Part shown: positions 18,576 through 30,203 of the stretch, in pieces | Position numbering within the stretch: position 1 is the stretch's first letter | How the letters are laid out: each line of letters opens with the position of its first letter | From: Candidatus Marinacidobacterales bacterium | GTDB lineage: Bacteria > Acidobacteriota > Vicinamibacteria > Marinacidobacterales > SMYC01 | DNA length: 64,000 nucleotides | Direction of reading: 5' to 3' | Assembly (NCBI GenBank): GCA_965224085.1 | Contig: CBDCYI010000004.1 | Coordinates: 1,568,001 to 1,632,000, forward strand | The notes under the pieces: model-generated | Database searches by the model: none | What the model saw: only the letters and a program-made list of their open reading frames with translations | What the model was told of the DNA's origin: nothing | Program-made: the position numbers and the translations under genes

Positions 18576-18827
18576 ATGGCCAAAGCGCGAGTGTTGACGA
18601 GGTCGGAACTAGCCGAGCATTTGGGCGTCGATAAAAAGATGGTAACAAAATGGGAGCGGTCTGGGATGCCGGTCCACACTAGAGGGCGCGGCGTGGCGTC
18701 TCAATTCCGTCTGCGGGAGGTCCGTGCGTGGCTAAAGGTGCGGGAAGCCAAGGCCAAAGCGGCGGAGAAGGCAAAGGTGCGAGAAGCCAAAGCGGCAGAG
18801 AAGGCGAAGAAGACAGCGAAGCAATAA
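18576..18827 (+). CDS. Small HTH protein (terminase small subunit Nu1/MerR-like) with Lys/Ala-rich tail
   Basis: TRSELAEHLGVDKKMVTKWERSGMP; strong GGAGG RBS. Confidence 0.65.
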   Translation: MAKARVLTRSELAEHLGVDKKMVTKWERSGMPVHTRGRGVASQFRLREVRAWLKVREAKAKAAEKAKVREAKAAEKAKKTAKQ

Positions 18828-19024
18828 GACGCGGCGGCGATGAGATGAGACAAGTCTGACTGCGCGAGTCCTTGGAACTCGCTAGTCTCGCGGTACCGGT
18901 TGCCAACGACGCTGCTCGGGGAGCGCGTCGTACTCCTGGTCTTCGGTGACGAGTGCCTCTTCGAAACTGCGAAAGCTGTCGACGGCTTGCTTGCCCAGAT
19001 GGGACAGCAGGGGGTGGCCTTCCC

Positions 19025-19275
19025 TGGGATCGTGAGCTTGCTCAGGGACTTGAGGCTGACTTGCTTTCCTTTGATAGGGAAAAGCGCTCTATTCCTGGAA
19101 TCCACAATTCTACGAGACGGAAGGTGCTTATTGAGCAGCTCCTAGAAAGCGTTCGCCGGGTCAAGTATGTTGAGGTGATCCGCACGCTGAAGCTGAGCAA
19201 TCGTCGTGCCGACCCGAACGATGATCTGTTCGATCCTTTGAAAGCTGCGATACTGTGTCAGCGTCGGCGGAATAT
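19025..19275 (+). pseudogene. Fragment resembling the N-terminus of alpha-glutamyl/putrescinyl thymine pyrophosphorylase clade 3
   Basis: IEQLLESVRRVKYV...RRADPNDDLFDPLKAA resembles that family from memory; no intact start or end. Confidence 0.55.
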
Positions 19276-19534
19276 ACAAGATGTAAAGTCGAACATGGTC
19301 TTTGGACATTTTCTCAACCAGCAGCAACGAGGAATGGTGGCGGCTACAGTGTGATAGCCGCTTGCCTTTTGTTACATATGGTTCGAATTTCGCCGACTGC
19401 GTTTATAGAGCTTCGCGTACTTGGCGTGTGCCTGAAGCTGTTTTCACGCTACGCCGAGCGGGCCCACCAAGGGGCTACCGTCGCCGGCGACCATCTACGC
19501 GGCACGGCAGTAGTAGTTGAGAATGCCCCAAAGT

Positions 19535-20510
19535 GAGTCAAGCCCATTCTTAGTTGAAATGTTCTACGGCTCCCGGTTCGTTTAAGCAACGTTCTTCCTC
19601 GACGTATTCTTTTTCGCGGTCTCGATCTTCAGTTCACGCTTGAGCGCTTCACGCAGCTTTGGAAGGTGTCGGTAGCCCATCACCTTCCGGAGGCGCGGCT
19701 CGATGTCGGTGAGCGCGGTCGCGAGCCAGCGTTGGCGTTGGTTCGAAGTCTTCCAGTGATCGACCTTCGCGCAACGTTCCTCGATAAGCGCATTGACGGA
19801 CTCGATGCAGTTCGTCGTCTTTAGTGAGTGACCGAGCACCCCGTACACGCCAAGACGATGCAAGGTCAGGGTCTCCTCCAGCCCCTCTTCGAGGCTAGAG
19901 GCCGCAGACTGATTCCTCTCTTCCAGCTCGCGGTGGAGTTGCTCGAGGGCCTCAAGCGCCTCCTTGTGCGTCGGCCGGCCGTACGCGCGCTGCAGCCGCT
20001 TGCGCCACAACGACTGCTCGCTCTTGGACAAATAGCTCACGACATTCTCTCGTTTGTGCCACTGGCAACGGCCCACGACGACCCGCCTGCGAAAGGCCTT
20101 GGTCACGGCTCCTCGCAGCCCCTTGCTGCCGTCGATGACCACCAGCAGCCCTTCAGAGATATCGAGACCCCGCTCGACCAATGAACGCAGAAACGACCTA
20201 AGAACACGCTCGTTCTCAGTGTCTGTCTCCACGAAGCCGAGGAAGCGTTTGTCCCCGGATAACGTGATGCCGAGAGCCACCACCATCGTCGCGTCGGCGA
20301 ACGTCTTGCCGTCCAGGACCATCGCCACCACGTCCTCACCCGAGAGATCACGCTCCTGCATCTCACGCAGCTTCGCTGCGCTTGCTTCGACGAAGCCGCG
20401 CGACACCGACGAACTCGACAGACCGATCGCGCCCGGGACCAATTCCGCCGCCGACTCATAGTTCCGGCACGAGATCCCGTACAGCACTCTTCGTAGAAGC
20501 AACTTCGCTT
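19535..20510 (-). mobile_element. IS256-family transposase, N-terminally truncated, with right end
   Basis: GISCRNY, VLDGKTF, VIDGSKGL, RCQWHKRENV, TTNCIESVN. Confidence 0.85.
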
Positions 20511-20880
20511 GAGCTCCTCGGCACCGTCGAGCGCTTTGCTTCCCTCCGCGTAGTAGTCGAACCAAGCCAGTCCACTGTCTGTATAGGTCTTCGCGGTCGG
20601 CGGGGGTGTGGGAGGCTTCTCTCCGGTGATCGCTTCCCACACCAGCGAGTTGGCCAAGTGCACGTAGCAGCGACTGCCCGCTCTGGGAATCGGTGCTCGA
20701 ACGCGTCTCGTCGCATGGGATATACAAGGATCTGGAGTCCACCGTACTCGGCCTTCCTGGTTACTTGTTCCTCGGCGGTGTATCCACCACCCAGTGGCAT
20801 CGCCACAAACTGCCGAATGACGCCCTTTTTGACACAGAAGCCGTCGAGCCACGGCTGTTGCGGGACTACCATGTAGTTTT
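20511..20880 (-). pseudogene. Fragments of a conserved hypothetical protein
   Basis: QQPWLDG...RQFVAMPLG...EEQVT...GGLQI and, in another frame, HLANS...ITGEKPPTPP...AWFDYY; internally deleted. Confidence 0.55.
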
Positions 20881-20953
20881 GCGGGCTGCGTTCGGTCTAA
20901 CTTCCTTGTGGGTGAGCCAGCCTCGGATTGACGTCCGGCGCGCAACACGCAGA

Positions 20954-21560
20954 TCAGCGGGTAGCGGTCCCTGTTGGGAAGCCGGTCGCCATGTTGGCCA
21001 TGCGCTGGAGGACGCCCGGCCCAACGTCTTGAATGTTCATGTCCACCAGCGGCTTCAACGTGAAGGGTCCAGGACTGTCGTCCGGATCTGGTTCGATCGA
21101 CACGACAGCCTGATAGCCGATCAGCGAAACCGGTGGCATGATGAAGTCCTGCCCTGGGAATGGCGGCGTGCTTCTCGGACCGGCCGCGTCCGAGTCGGCA
21201 CCCATCACCTGAGTGAATTGGCCCGTCGACACCGGGCCTTCGGGGCCGACCACCCAGCCCTCGTAGATCCAGCCCGCCGGCAACGCCGGCAACACCAGCG
21301 ACGCGCCCGGACCAGCAGCAGGGTCGAGCCACCAGATACCGGACGCGTAGTCACGCGTTACAGCGGCAGTGGAGGGTGATTCCAAGATGAAGCTCCCGGA
21401 CGCGGAAGCGAAGGTGGTGCCCAGCGCTGTAGCGTCCGCCACAGAAAGCGCTGCATTGTTTCCAGCGAAGTCACCAGCGAGATACTTCGTCGCCGACGGC
21501 GCTGGGTCGGAATCTGGCGACGGCTCGATGGTCAGGATGAACTTCGTCGCAGACGAGAGC
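20954..21560 (-). pseudogene. Secreted anti-sigma-factor-like protein, C-terminal part
   Basis: FILTIEP...LPAGWIYEGWVV...PPFPGQDF...VSIEPDPD; N-terminus missing. Confidence 0.55.
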
Positions 21561-21764
21561 GTGGCTGCCCTCTTCGCTCTCTTGCGAGTTTCCGATCCCG
21601 TCGTGTCCGAAAATGTGAACGGAGCCGAAAGCTCGACTCCTAGAGGCGTTCTCGAAATTCACGGAGACCAGCCGACGCGGCACTGGCTCTGCGATAGGCA
21701 CTCCCGAGCAGACCTCTCCTCCAGACCATCCGTTCCGTCCAGCTGGCGCGCCCGAACTCCTCTC

Positions 21765-22759
21765 CTATGCGGCGTCGCGGTGGTAATAGCTGAGCAAGCC
21801 GCCCAATCGCTTACGACATCGCACCTTCCCGTGAGGACTGCCGACGCATTCTTCCGCTTCGAGCAACGCGTTCCCGAGCCCTTGATGGTTGCGCTCTCCG
21901 TGATAATGATGGATGAACTCAGCGACGGCACGGCGCAGCGATTGCTCACTGAAAAAGATCATCCGCTCCAAGCACTCGCTCTTGATCGACAAAACGAACC
22001 TTTCGACATAAGCGTCAGATTCGGCGAACGGTACGGCAGCCGAACGACTTCAGTTCCGGCGTGCTCAAGCAAGTCGCGAAACTCCGTGGTGAACTTCTTG
22101 TCGCGGTCCAGGATGAGGAATCGCTTGCCGCGCAGAAAGCCGTCGAGCGGGTCGGTGAGATTCCGACCGACCTGCATCATGAACGCGTCGTCCGGCCCGG
22201 GAGTTATTCCGGCAATGTGTACTTTTCGCGAAGACAGCTCGATGACGACGAGCACATAGTAGGTCACGAGCCTGCGAACTGTGGCGACCTCGACGGTGAA
22301 GAAGTCGGTCGCAGCAACGGTTTCCCAATGGGCGGTGAGAAACGTGCGCCACGGCGTCCGCTCACCTCTCTCCGGCGCAGGCTCGATGCCATGTTCTCGC
22401 AGAATATTGGCGATGGTGCTCCTGGCTACGATATGGCCGAGATTCGAGAGGGCGCCGCGAATGCGTGTATAGCCCCACCTCGGATTCGACTGCACCATCC
22501 CTACGACGAGCTTGCTAATCTCGGCCATGACCCGGGGCCGTCCGGGCTGTTTCCGCCGCTCGCTGTAGTCCCACTTCCGCGCAATCAGCCTTCGGTGCCA
22601 AGCCAGCAGGGTTTCCGGTGTGACGATACCGGCGACTTCTGCCAAGAGTTTCCGGCCAAGCGCCTTACCCTTTACCGCGAGCCGACGTCGCTCGGCGTCC
22701 GTCAGGAGAAGCTTCTTCCCGCGAAGCCGAGCTTTGAGGACTAGCCATTGGCCAACCAA
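21765..22759 (-). pseudogene. rve integrase-core transposase, partial and frameshifted
   Basis: [44 protein letters not shown]. Confidence 0.85.
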
Positions 22760-22828
22760 GCGTAGACACGTCTATTCCGAAACGTCCCGGCGAGCCGGTC
22801 TTGAGTTCGTTTGTGTTTTTGGACACGA

Positions 22829-23730
22829 GTGCGTCCAGCGAAGGCTGGCATGTTCAGTGGGAGAGAGTCCCACCGGGGAAAAAGTTAGCGCCCCGTAGCT
22901 TGAGTCACGTTCGTGGAGGAAACGAGACGGATGAAGCTGACTGACAAAGCCATCTTGAGGATGGTGAGCGAGTCACCGGGCCGTAACACAAGTGAACCCA
23001 TAGGTGGCCCCGACAAAAAAAATAGACCCCAGAGGCCGAGTTTTCTCGTGTCGGACGAAGGCAACAGGATGTGTCGCCAGACTATCTGATGAGGCACATC
23101 CCTCTGGCGGGGTGGTAGGGACAGCACGGTGATAAGGACATGCCAAGCAACTGGAGAAGCCGTCCTCGTCCCGTCGAGAAATCGACGGAGCAAGGTAGAC
23201 CGCATAACCGGAGGCCCCGGGAAAACGGTCGCAGACGAGACGGTGGCGGCTGGGTCGGTAGTAGCGTTGAAACGGGGCAACGCCCGTGGAGCAAAGGGGC
23301 CCTGCTGCACACAACTCCTTCGTCAACAAGCGAGGCAGGGGTGAGATGACAAAATCACCCATCACTCTGCAGGAGCTGAGACGAAGGATATACGTCAAGG
23401 CGAAGGCCGAGAAGTCTTGGCGCTTCTTGCGCCAAGGTTTCGGCTGGAAGCGATGGAGTAGGCGATGGATGTACGCGACTGTCGGACTGTTCACAGATTA
23501 CCGAGTTCGATGTCTCGTAGATTCGCCGAAAGACGCCCCGGCTCGATAGGTCACATAACCCTTCGCGGGAAGTGTGCAGGAGCGCGTAGTGCGGGAAAGC
23601 CGCACGCTGCGTGCGATGTGGCGGGGGCTGGAAACGGACTTACGGTGCGGCTAGTGAGGCACTCCCACAGGAAACGGGGAGAAACAGATAGGCCGCGCCT
23701 ACGGAGCACCGCGCCAGCCCTCGACCCTAC
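22829..23730 (+). mobile_element. Group II intron with internally deleted RT ORF
   Basis: 5' GTGCG; domain V GCGCGTAGTGCGGGAAAGCCGCACGCTGCGTGC at about 23582-23614; domain VI ending CTCGACCCTAC. Confidence 0.85.
23346..23549 (+). pseudogene. Group II intron-encoded protein remnant (N-terminus fused to maturase C-terminus)
   Basis: MTKSPITLQELRRRIYVKAKAEKSWRF joined directly to RQGFGWKRWSRRWMY; no YADD motif. Confidence 0.8.
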
Positions 23731-24189
23731 CGGCATCCGACCGCGGAGTGGACGCTGCAACAGTTCCGGGAGGCGATTGGGTGCGAGCACGCTTATCGAT
23801 TCGTCATCGTGGACCGCGATGACAAGTTCTCAGCAGACCTCCGCCGCTCCGTCCGGGGGATGGGTGTTCGGCCGTTGAGGACGCCGCGCAGAGCACCGCA
23901 GGCGAATGCCTATTGTGAGAGACTCATCGGCACCACACGCCGGGAGTGCTTGGATTTTCTGATACCGCTGTCAGAGGAACATCTCCGCCGACTCTTGACC
24001 GAATGGCGTGACTACTACAATCGGGCGAGACCGCATTCATCGCTCGGGCCAGGCCTTCCCACCACCTGTGTCGAGCTTCCGATGAAACCGGACCAGCACC
24101 GGCATCAATTACCCACCCAGCGCGCCGTTGCCTTGAGGCCAGTCCTTGGTGGGCTCCATCACGATTACCGGTTGTCACGCGTCGCCTGA
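23731..24189 (+). pseudogene. rve integrase-core transposase, C-terminal part
   Basis: RHPTAEWTLQQFRE, DRDDKF, NAYCERLIGTTRRECLD, YNRARPHSSLG, LGGLHHDY. Confidence 0.85.
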
Positions 24190-24561
24190 CGGACCTAGCT
24201 TCTCGCGGGGAACAACGCGTTCTTTCTCGAGCACGTTATTGCGTCGGTGGCCCGGCAGCGACAGAGTGCAGAACCTCCACCGAGGCGAACACGAGTTCGC
24301 AGGACCTCAACTCCCATGGCTGTCTGCCCGTCAATACGCGATCTTTTTTTGCGGATCACAACCGACGGTAGCTGCAAAGCCTCGGCCGCCACGACCTCAT
24401 ACTGCCCAGCATCCTAATCGGAAGCCTGGGAACGGATGCCGCCCCACAATCCCGGCTTGACTATGGTCGGCGCTTTATGTTTGCCGGGTTAAACCAAATC
24501 GTGTTCTTTACCCATAAAAGAATTGATGGTATTCTGAAGCAGAGTTAGGAGGAACCAAAAG

Positions 24562-26001
24562 GTGAAAACGTCAGCCGTGTTAGAACTCATCAAGGACAAG
24601 GGAATCTTGGCGATAGATCTGCGATTCGTTGACTTACCTGGGCTTTGGCAGCACTTCACAATGTCAGCTCAGGAATTTCTCCGCGCGGACATTTTTGAAG
24701 AAGGGGTCGGTTTTGACGGGTCAAGTATCCGAGGCTTCCAAGAGATCCACGAGAGCGACATGTTACTGATCCCCGATCCGGCAACTGCATTCATCGATCC
24801 GTTCGCGGACGCGCAGACATTATGTCTCATTTGTAACGTAAAGGACCCGATCAAAGACGAGGCATATACGCGCGACCCTCGCAACATCGCGCAGAAGGCC
24901 GAGGTTTACTTGAAATCGACCGGTATTGGCGACACTGCGTACTTTGGTCCCGAACCGGAGTTCTTCATCTTCGACGATGTACGGTTTGGGCAAACCCATA
25001 ACGAGGGCTACTACCACATCGACGCTACAGAGGGCTTCTGGAACGCTGGACGAGCCGAAAACCCCGACGGAGCCGGCCACTCGCGCAATCTCGGGTACAA
25101 GCCACGGTACAAGGAGGGGTACTTCCCGGTGCCTCCCATGGACAGCCAGCAAGATATTCGCACTGAGATGATGTCGGTGCTCGAGTCAATCGGAGTTGAC
25201 GTCGAGGTGCATCATCATGAGGTCGGTACGGCGGGGCAAGCCGAAATCGACATGCGGTTTGATTCGCTCGTCCGCATGGGCGACAAGCTGATGAAGTACA
25301 AGTACGTCATCAAGAATGTTGCCCACCGGCACGGAAAGACTGTCACGTTTATGCCGAAACCGATCTTCCAGGACAACGGTTCCGGGATGCATGTCCATCA
25401 GAGCATCTGGAAGGACGAGAAGAACCAATTTTTTGAGGTCGGTACCTACGCCGACCTCAGCGAGATGGCGCTACACTACATCGGAGGGATCCTCAAGCAC
25501 GCGCCGGCATTGTTGGCGCTGACCAATCCGACGACCAACTCGTATCGTCGGCTCGTGCCAGGTTACGAGGCGCCGATCAACTTGATCTACTCGATGCGCA
25601 ACCGCAGCGCTGCGGTGCGTATTCCAGTCGTATCGACCAGTGAAAAGGCGAAGCGAATTGAATGTCGGTTTCCCGATTCGACTTGCAACGGGTACCTAGC
25701 GCTGAGCGCGATGCTAATGGCCGGGCTTGACGGCATCGAGAATAAGCTGACTCCCCCGGGCCCGCTCGACAAGGATCTTTATAGCCTGCCGCCAGAAGAG
25801 CAAGTTGAGATCGACAGCACGCCGGCGGATCTGTCGGACGTGCTCGACGCGCTCGAGGCCGACCACGAGTTCCTCCTTAAGGGCGACGTGTTCACGCGCG
25901 ATGTCATCGAGAGCTGGATTTCCCACAAACGCGACAACGAAATCGACGCGGTTCGCCTGCGGCCCCACCCATGGGAGTTCGCGCTCTATTTCGATATCTA
26001 G
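24562..26001 (+). CDS. glnA: Glutamine synthetase type I
   Basis: [41 protein letters not shown], adenylylation site DLY. Confidence 0.97.
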   Translation: MKTSAVLELIKDKGILAIDLRFVDLPGLWQHFTMSAQEFLRADIFEEGVGFDGSSIRGFQEIHESDMLLIPDPATAFIDPFADAQTLCLICNVKDPIKDEAYTRDPRNIAQKAEVYLKSTGIGDTAYFGPEPEFFIFDDVRFGQTHNEGYYHIDATEGFWNAGRAENPDGAGHSRNLGYKPRYKEGYFPVPPMDSQQDIRTEMMSVLESIGVDVEVHHHEVGTAGQAEIDMRFDSLVRMGDKLMKYKYVIKNVAHRHGKTVTFMPKPIFQDNGSGMHVHQSIWKDEKNQFFEVGTYADLSEMALHYIGGILKHAPALLALTNPTTNSYRRLVPGYEAPINLIYSMRNRSAAVRIPVVSTSEKAKRIECRFPDSTCNGYLALSAMLMAGLDGIENKLTPPGPLDKDLYSLPPEEQVEIDSTPADLSDVLDALEADHEFLLKGDVFTRDVIESWISHKRDNEIDAVRLRPHPWEFALYFDI

Positions 26002-26062
26002 GGATACAGGGGATGGTCGGCACGGCTACGTCACCAGTTGTAGTAGTTTAGACTTGAGTTGA

Positions 26063-27149
26063 TGCCTTGGTGCACAACTCGCGATCTCGGTCCACAATTG
26101 TCCTGTACTCGCGGATACGAGGTTCCCCATGAGCATTTTCAAACGCACTCAGCGGAAGTATGTGAAGAAGGCCTATCGCGTGAGGAATTGGCGTGAATAT
26201 GAGGCGGGTCTACGCAATCGCGGGAGCCTGACCGTCTGGATCTCGCTCACCGCCGGCAAGCTTGTGAACTGGGACGCGCCCCGGCCAAGGAGGAGGAAAC
26301 CGGGCCGTCAACGCAAGTACTCGAACCACGCCATCGAGACGGCTGTCACCCTGGGCATGGTGTTTCATCTGTCGTCTAGGCAGAGCGAGGGATTGCTGCG
26401 ATCGTTGTTCGCTCTGATGAAGCTAGACAATGATGTGCCCGATCACACCACGATCTCGAGGCGCAAGGCGAAGCTGGGTAAGGTCCCCTTCTACCAAGAC
26501 AAGCAGAAGACGCCGTTGCACATCTTGATCGACAGCAGCGGTCTCGCTGTCCACGCCGGCCAGCTGCGCAGAGCACCAAATAGCAGGGACTATCGCAAGC
26601 TCCATCTGTGTGTCGACGAGCAGACGGGCGAAGTCGTCGCCGGCGAGCTGACGAGCAAAAGAGCCCGCGATTCATCGCGGGTTGCATCGCTTGTCGGACA
26701 GAGCGACAGTCCCATCTCATCGGCCAGAGCTGACACCGCATACGACGCCAGCGGCGTCTATGAGGCAATCGAGAATCACAGCGCTCATCGCTCGCCGAGG
26801 GTGCTGATACCGCCGCGCAAGGGCGCCCAGCTCGCATCGGGGCCGGCGAGCAGCCGACAGCGCAATCGCAACATTGCAGCACAAGCTCGGCTCGGCAAAC
26901 GAAAGTGGCACACAGAATCGGGCTACAGCAAACGGAGCAAAGTCGAGACAACGTTCCATCGCTACAAGGCTATCGTGGGCTCAGCGATGCGAGCGAGAGG
27001 GTTGGCGGCACAGAGAGTCGAGGCAAGGATCGGGTGCAAGATTCTCAACACCATGACGGCGCTCGGGATGCCTGATAGCGAGATGATCGGATGATGGGAG
27101 TCGGGGCCAAGCGAACTCTCGGCCTCTATCGGAGTTGTGCACCAAGGCA
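26063..27149 (+). mobile_element. IS5-family (IS903-group-like) element, complete
   Basis: TIRs TGCCTTGGTGCACAACTC at both ends; transposase 26129-27094 (YRVRNWREY, PDHTTISRR, IDSSG, ADTAYD, YSKRSKVE); no TSD. Confidence 0.93.
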
Positions 27150-27226
27150 TCGGTGCGGAGCTTGCTCAGAATCGTCTTGATCTGATTAAACTCCTCGTCA
27201 TACATCACCACATCAGTGGTCGCCAT
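27150..27226 (-). pseudogene. mglB: Roadblock/LC7 MglB-like protein, N-terminus only, cut by IS5
   Basis: VVMYDEEFNQIKTILSKLRTDA resembles the Myxococcus MglB N-terminus; located downstream of recR. Confidence 0.75.
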
Positions 27227-27349
27227 GACTCTGATATCCTCCGTCCGAGACCTGCACGCGGGATTTAAGACTGCGGGCTTGAATACCTTATAGATATATC
27301 GAAAAGATTGCCACTTGGCAAGCGGCGGTGCGTTCTAAATCGCGTAGAT

Positions 27350-27949
27350 TCAGTACTCACGGCGGCCCTCCAAGGCCTTTCCGACGGTCACTTCGTCGGC
27401 ATAGTCGAGCTCGCTGCCCACAGGAATCCCCATGGCGATGCGGGTCACTTTGACTCCTAGAGGCTTGATGAGCTTCGAGAGATAGATGGCCGTCGCCTCG
27501 CCTTCCACGTTGGGATTCGTCGCGAGAATCACTTCTTCGAACTCTCCGTCCGCGAGCCGCGACAAGAGACCCGCGATTTTGAGCTGCTCCGGACCGATAC
27601 CGGAGAGCGGCGAGAGGCTCCCCATTAGTACATGATAGCGCCCTTTGAACTCGTGGGTCTTCTCGATGGCCACGACGTTGGGAGGCTCTTCGACAACGCA
27701 GAGGAGCCGAGAGTTCCGATCGGGGCTCGAACAATAGGCACAGGGGTCCTCATCGGTCACGTTGTTGCAGAGAGAACACGTGACGATTTTGTCTTTCACG
27801 TTCTGGATCGCCTGAGCGAGATGCTGCGCCTCGTCCGTGCTGGCTCGTAGGATATGGAAGGTGATGCGCTGTGCCGATTTCGCCCCGATCCCCGGGAGCT
27901 CCTTCAGCTCCGCAATCAATCGGGACACGGGCTCCGGATAGTCCTTCAC
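27350..27949 (-). CDS. recR: Recombination mediator RecR
   Basis: [12 protein letters not shown]4 zinc finger, Toprim [12 protein letters not shown]. Confidence 0.97.
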   Translation of the reverse strand: MKDYPEPVSRLIAELKELPGIGAKSAQRITFHILRASTDEAQHLAQAIQNVKDKIVTCSLCNNVTDEDPCAYCSSPDRNSRLLCVVEEPPNVVAIEKTHEFKGRYHVLMGSLSPLSGIGPEQLKIAGLLSRLADGEFEEVILATNPNVEGEATAIYLSKLIKPLGVKVTRIAMGIPVGSELDYADEVTVGKALEGRREY

Positions 27950-27950
27950 G

Positions 27951-28256
27951 CTAAAAGAGGCCGGGAATGTTGCCCGCGATAGAGCCGAGCTGGCTTTGGG
28001 CTGCTTCGTCGACTTTGCGCGACGCCTCGTTGACGGCCGCGGTCACGAGGTCCTGCAACATTTCGACGTCGTCCTTGTCGACGACTTCCGGGTCGATCGT
28101 CACTCCGAGGACGGTCTTGTTGCCGCTCATTTGGACCGTCACCATCCCGCCTCCGGCCGAAGCTTCCACACGGAGGTCGTCGAGCTGTTTCTTGAATTTC
28201 TCCTGAAGCGCTTGGGCTTGCTTCATGATTTGGTTCATTTTCATTATTGACTCCAA
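27951..28256 (-). CDS. ybaB: YbaB/EbfC nucleoid-associated protein
   Basis: [10 protein letters not shown]...[16 protein letters not shown]; lies between dnaX and recR. Confidence 0.95.
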   Translation of the reverse strand: MESIMKMNQIMKQAQALQEKFKKQLDDLRVEASAGGGMVTVQMSGNKTVLGVTIDPEVVDKDDVEMLQDLVTAAVNEASRKVDEAAQSQLGSIAGNIPGLF

Positions 28257-28274
28257 AGGTTTGGGGTTCGAAAC

Positions 28275-29984
28275 TCACGCCTCCGGTTTCTTCACGCTCT
28301 GGATCTCACCCTGAAACGTATCGATGAACTGCCGCACGAGCGGGTCGCGCCGAGCCCGCTCTTCTAGGTCTTCCGAGGATTTGTTTTCCTTGATGGGCGC
28401 TTCGACGGGTGCTCGGGGCGGCGCATCCTTGCTGGCGCCGTTTTCCTGGACTCGGACGGTGACAGATAGCTTCCGGTTAGCGAGGCGTGAAGCTTGCTCT
28501 TCGAGCAGATCCTTCAACATCTTCTGCTCGAGCTGCTCCGCGAGAACTTTGTGACTAGAAAGAAACTTCAAACTCAGGCGGTTGCCGTCGAGCTCATAGC
28601 TCGCGTGATGACTCACGATCGCGTGGAGCATCGGCTTGGATGTTTTGAGCTGCTCGACGAGTTGGTTCATGAAATCGTTCGAAAGCTCGGACTCGGCCTC
28701 GCCGAGAGGCGGGACTTCGGCCGTCCAGTCTTCCGGGGCGGCCTGAGTCGCTCGCTCCGGCGGTGGCTCTGGCTCAGTCGGTTTCGCGACCGTGCGGGGT
28801 TTCGCCGCAGGCTCAGGCGCTGACCCGGAGGAGGGTGGCGGTGGCTCCCCGGCCACGAGCGCCTCGAAACGCGCGAGCAGATCTTCGAAGGAAGCAAGCT
28901 TTCTGAGCTGCGAGAGCTTCAAGAGAGCGACTTCAACGTGGAAGCGCGGCTCGGGTGACGTACGAAGCTCGATCTCCGTCTGCGTGAGCACCTCGAGCCC
29001 ACGTAGCAAGTCTTCCTCGGAGAGCTCGACCGCGAGCTCCTGGAGCTCCGAGGTCTCACCAGGAAGCTCGAAGAGCTCCGAAGCTTCGGGCGCGACTTTC
29101 GCGACGAGGATGTCGCGCAAATATTGCATGAGCGCTGATATGAAATAACGCAGGTCGCGCCCGCCGCGGACGAGCTCGTCCACGATCTTCAAGATGCGCG
29201 CGGTGTCCTGGCCCACGAGGGCGTCGGCAGTTTGCCGCAGCACGTCCCGCTCGATAAGGCCGAGAAGCTCCGTGACGTCGTGCTCTTCGATCTTTTCGCC
29301 GGAAGCGGCGATCACTTGGTCGAGCGCGGAAATCCCGTCCCGCAGGCTTCCAGTAGCCGCGCGGGCCAACATGCGGATGGCCCCCTCGGGAATCTCGATG
29401 CCCTCGGCGCTCGCGATCATCTGGAGCTGCTGCGCGATCTCGGCGGGCGCGACGGTCCGGAACTCGTATTCCTGGCACCGCGAGAGGATCGTGTCCGGGA
29501 TCTTGTGGTGCTCGGTCGTGGCGAAGATGAACTTCACTGCCGGCGGCGGCTCTTCGAGTGTTTTCAAGAGTGCGTTGAAGGCCGGCGTTGACAGCATGTG
29601 GACTTCGTCGATGATGTAGATCTTGAAGCGATCCCGAGACGGGGCGTAGCGTGCTGCATCGATGATCTCGCGAACCTGCTCGACGCCGTTGTTGCTCGCG
29701 CCGTCGATCTCGAGCACATCGAGCGAGCGCCCGCGCGCGATTTCTTCACAAGCTGGACACGCGCCGCACGGCCGCACCGTAGGACCGTTCTTGCAGTTGA
29801 GCGCTTTCGCGAGAATCCGCGCCGTCGTCGTTTTCCCGACCCCACGAACGCCCGCGAACAGGAACGCGTGGGCAATCCGGTCTTGCTGGATCGCATGGGT
29901 CAGCGTGCGCGTGACCGCTTCCTGACCGACTAGGTCTTCGAATACCTTGGGCCGGTACTTGAGGGCTAGAACTTCGTATGGCAT
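28275..29984 (-). CDS. dnaX: DNA polymerase III subunit gamma/tau
   Basis: LALKYRP, GVRGVGKTT, IIDEVHML, SRC motif. Confidence 0.97.
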   Translation of the reverse strand: MPYEVLALKYRPKVFEDLVGQEAVTRTLTHAIQQDRIAHAFLFAGVRGVGKTTTARILAKALNCKNGPTVRPCGACPACEEIARGRSLDVLEIDGASNNGVEQVREIIDAARYAPSRDRFKIYIIDEVHMLSTPAFNALLKTLEEPPPAVKFIFATTEHHKIPDTILSRCQEYEFRTVAPAEIAQQLQMIASAEGIEIPEGAIRMLARAATGSLRDGISALDQVIAASGEKIEEHDVTELLGLIERDVLRQTADALVGQDTARILKIVDELVRGGRDLRYFISALMQYLRDILVAKVAPEASELFELPGETSELQELAVELSEEDLLRGLEVLTQTEIELRTSPEPRFHVEVALLKLSQLRKLASFEDLLARFEALVAGEPPPPSSGSAPEPAAKPRTVAKPTEPEPPPERATQAAPEDWTAEVPPLGEAESELSNDFMNQLVEQLKTSKPMLHAIVSHHASYELDGNRLSLKFLSSHKVLAEQLEQKMLKDLLEEQASRLANRKLSVTVRVQENGASKDAPPRAPVEAPIKENKSSEDLEERARRDPLVRQFIDTFQGEIQSVKKPEA

Positions 29985-30040
29985 GCCTCTCTGGCTAGAT
30001 GCTATCCTTTTTGCTTCGAATTCGAAGAATATGGAGCCCT

Positions 30041-30142
30041 GCGGCTCAGGCGGCCCGCGGCACAATCGAGGGTCCGCTTACCGCTGCTCCCTTTCGGGTC
30101 TGACGGGGTTCACAGGCTCGACTCGCACGGGACCTGAGCCGC
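30041..30142 (-). ncRNA. ffs: Signal recognition particle RNA (4.5S)
   Basis: Core GTCAGACCCGAAAGGGAGCAGC inside a long hairpin closed by GCGGCTCAGG/CCTGAGCCGC; upstream of dnaX. Confidence 0.9.
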
Positions 30143-30203
30143 GGGACATTGGCTCGTATTTCGGTGATGGCTACTACTTGCTACCTCTTTGTTAATGACA
30201 GAT

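Noticed and set aside
24465-24486. Sigma-54 promoter for glnA
   Set aside because: The GG and GC elements are 12 nt apart rather than the required 10.
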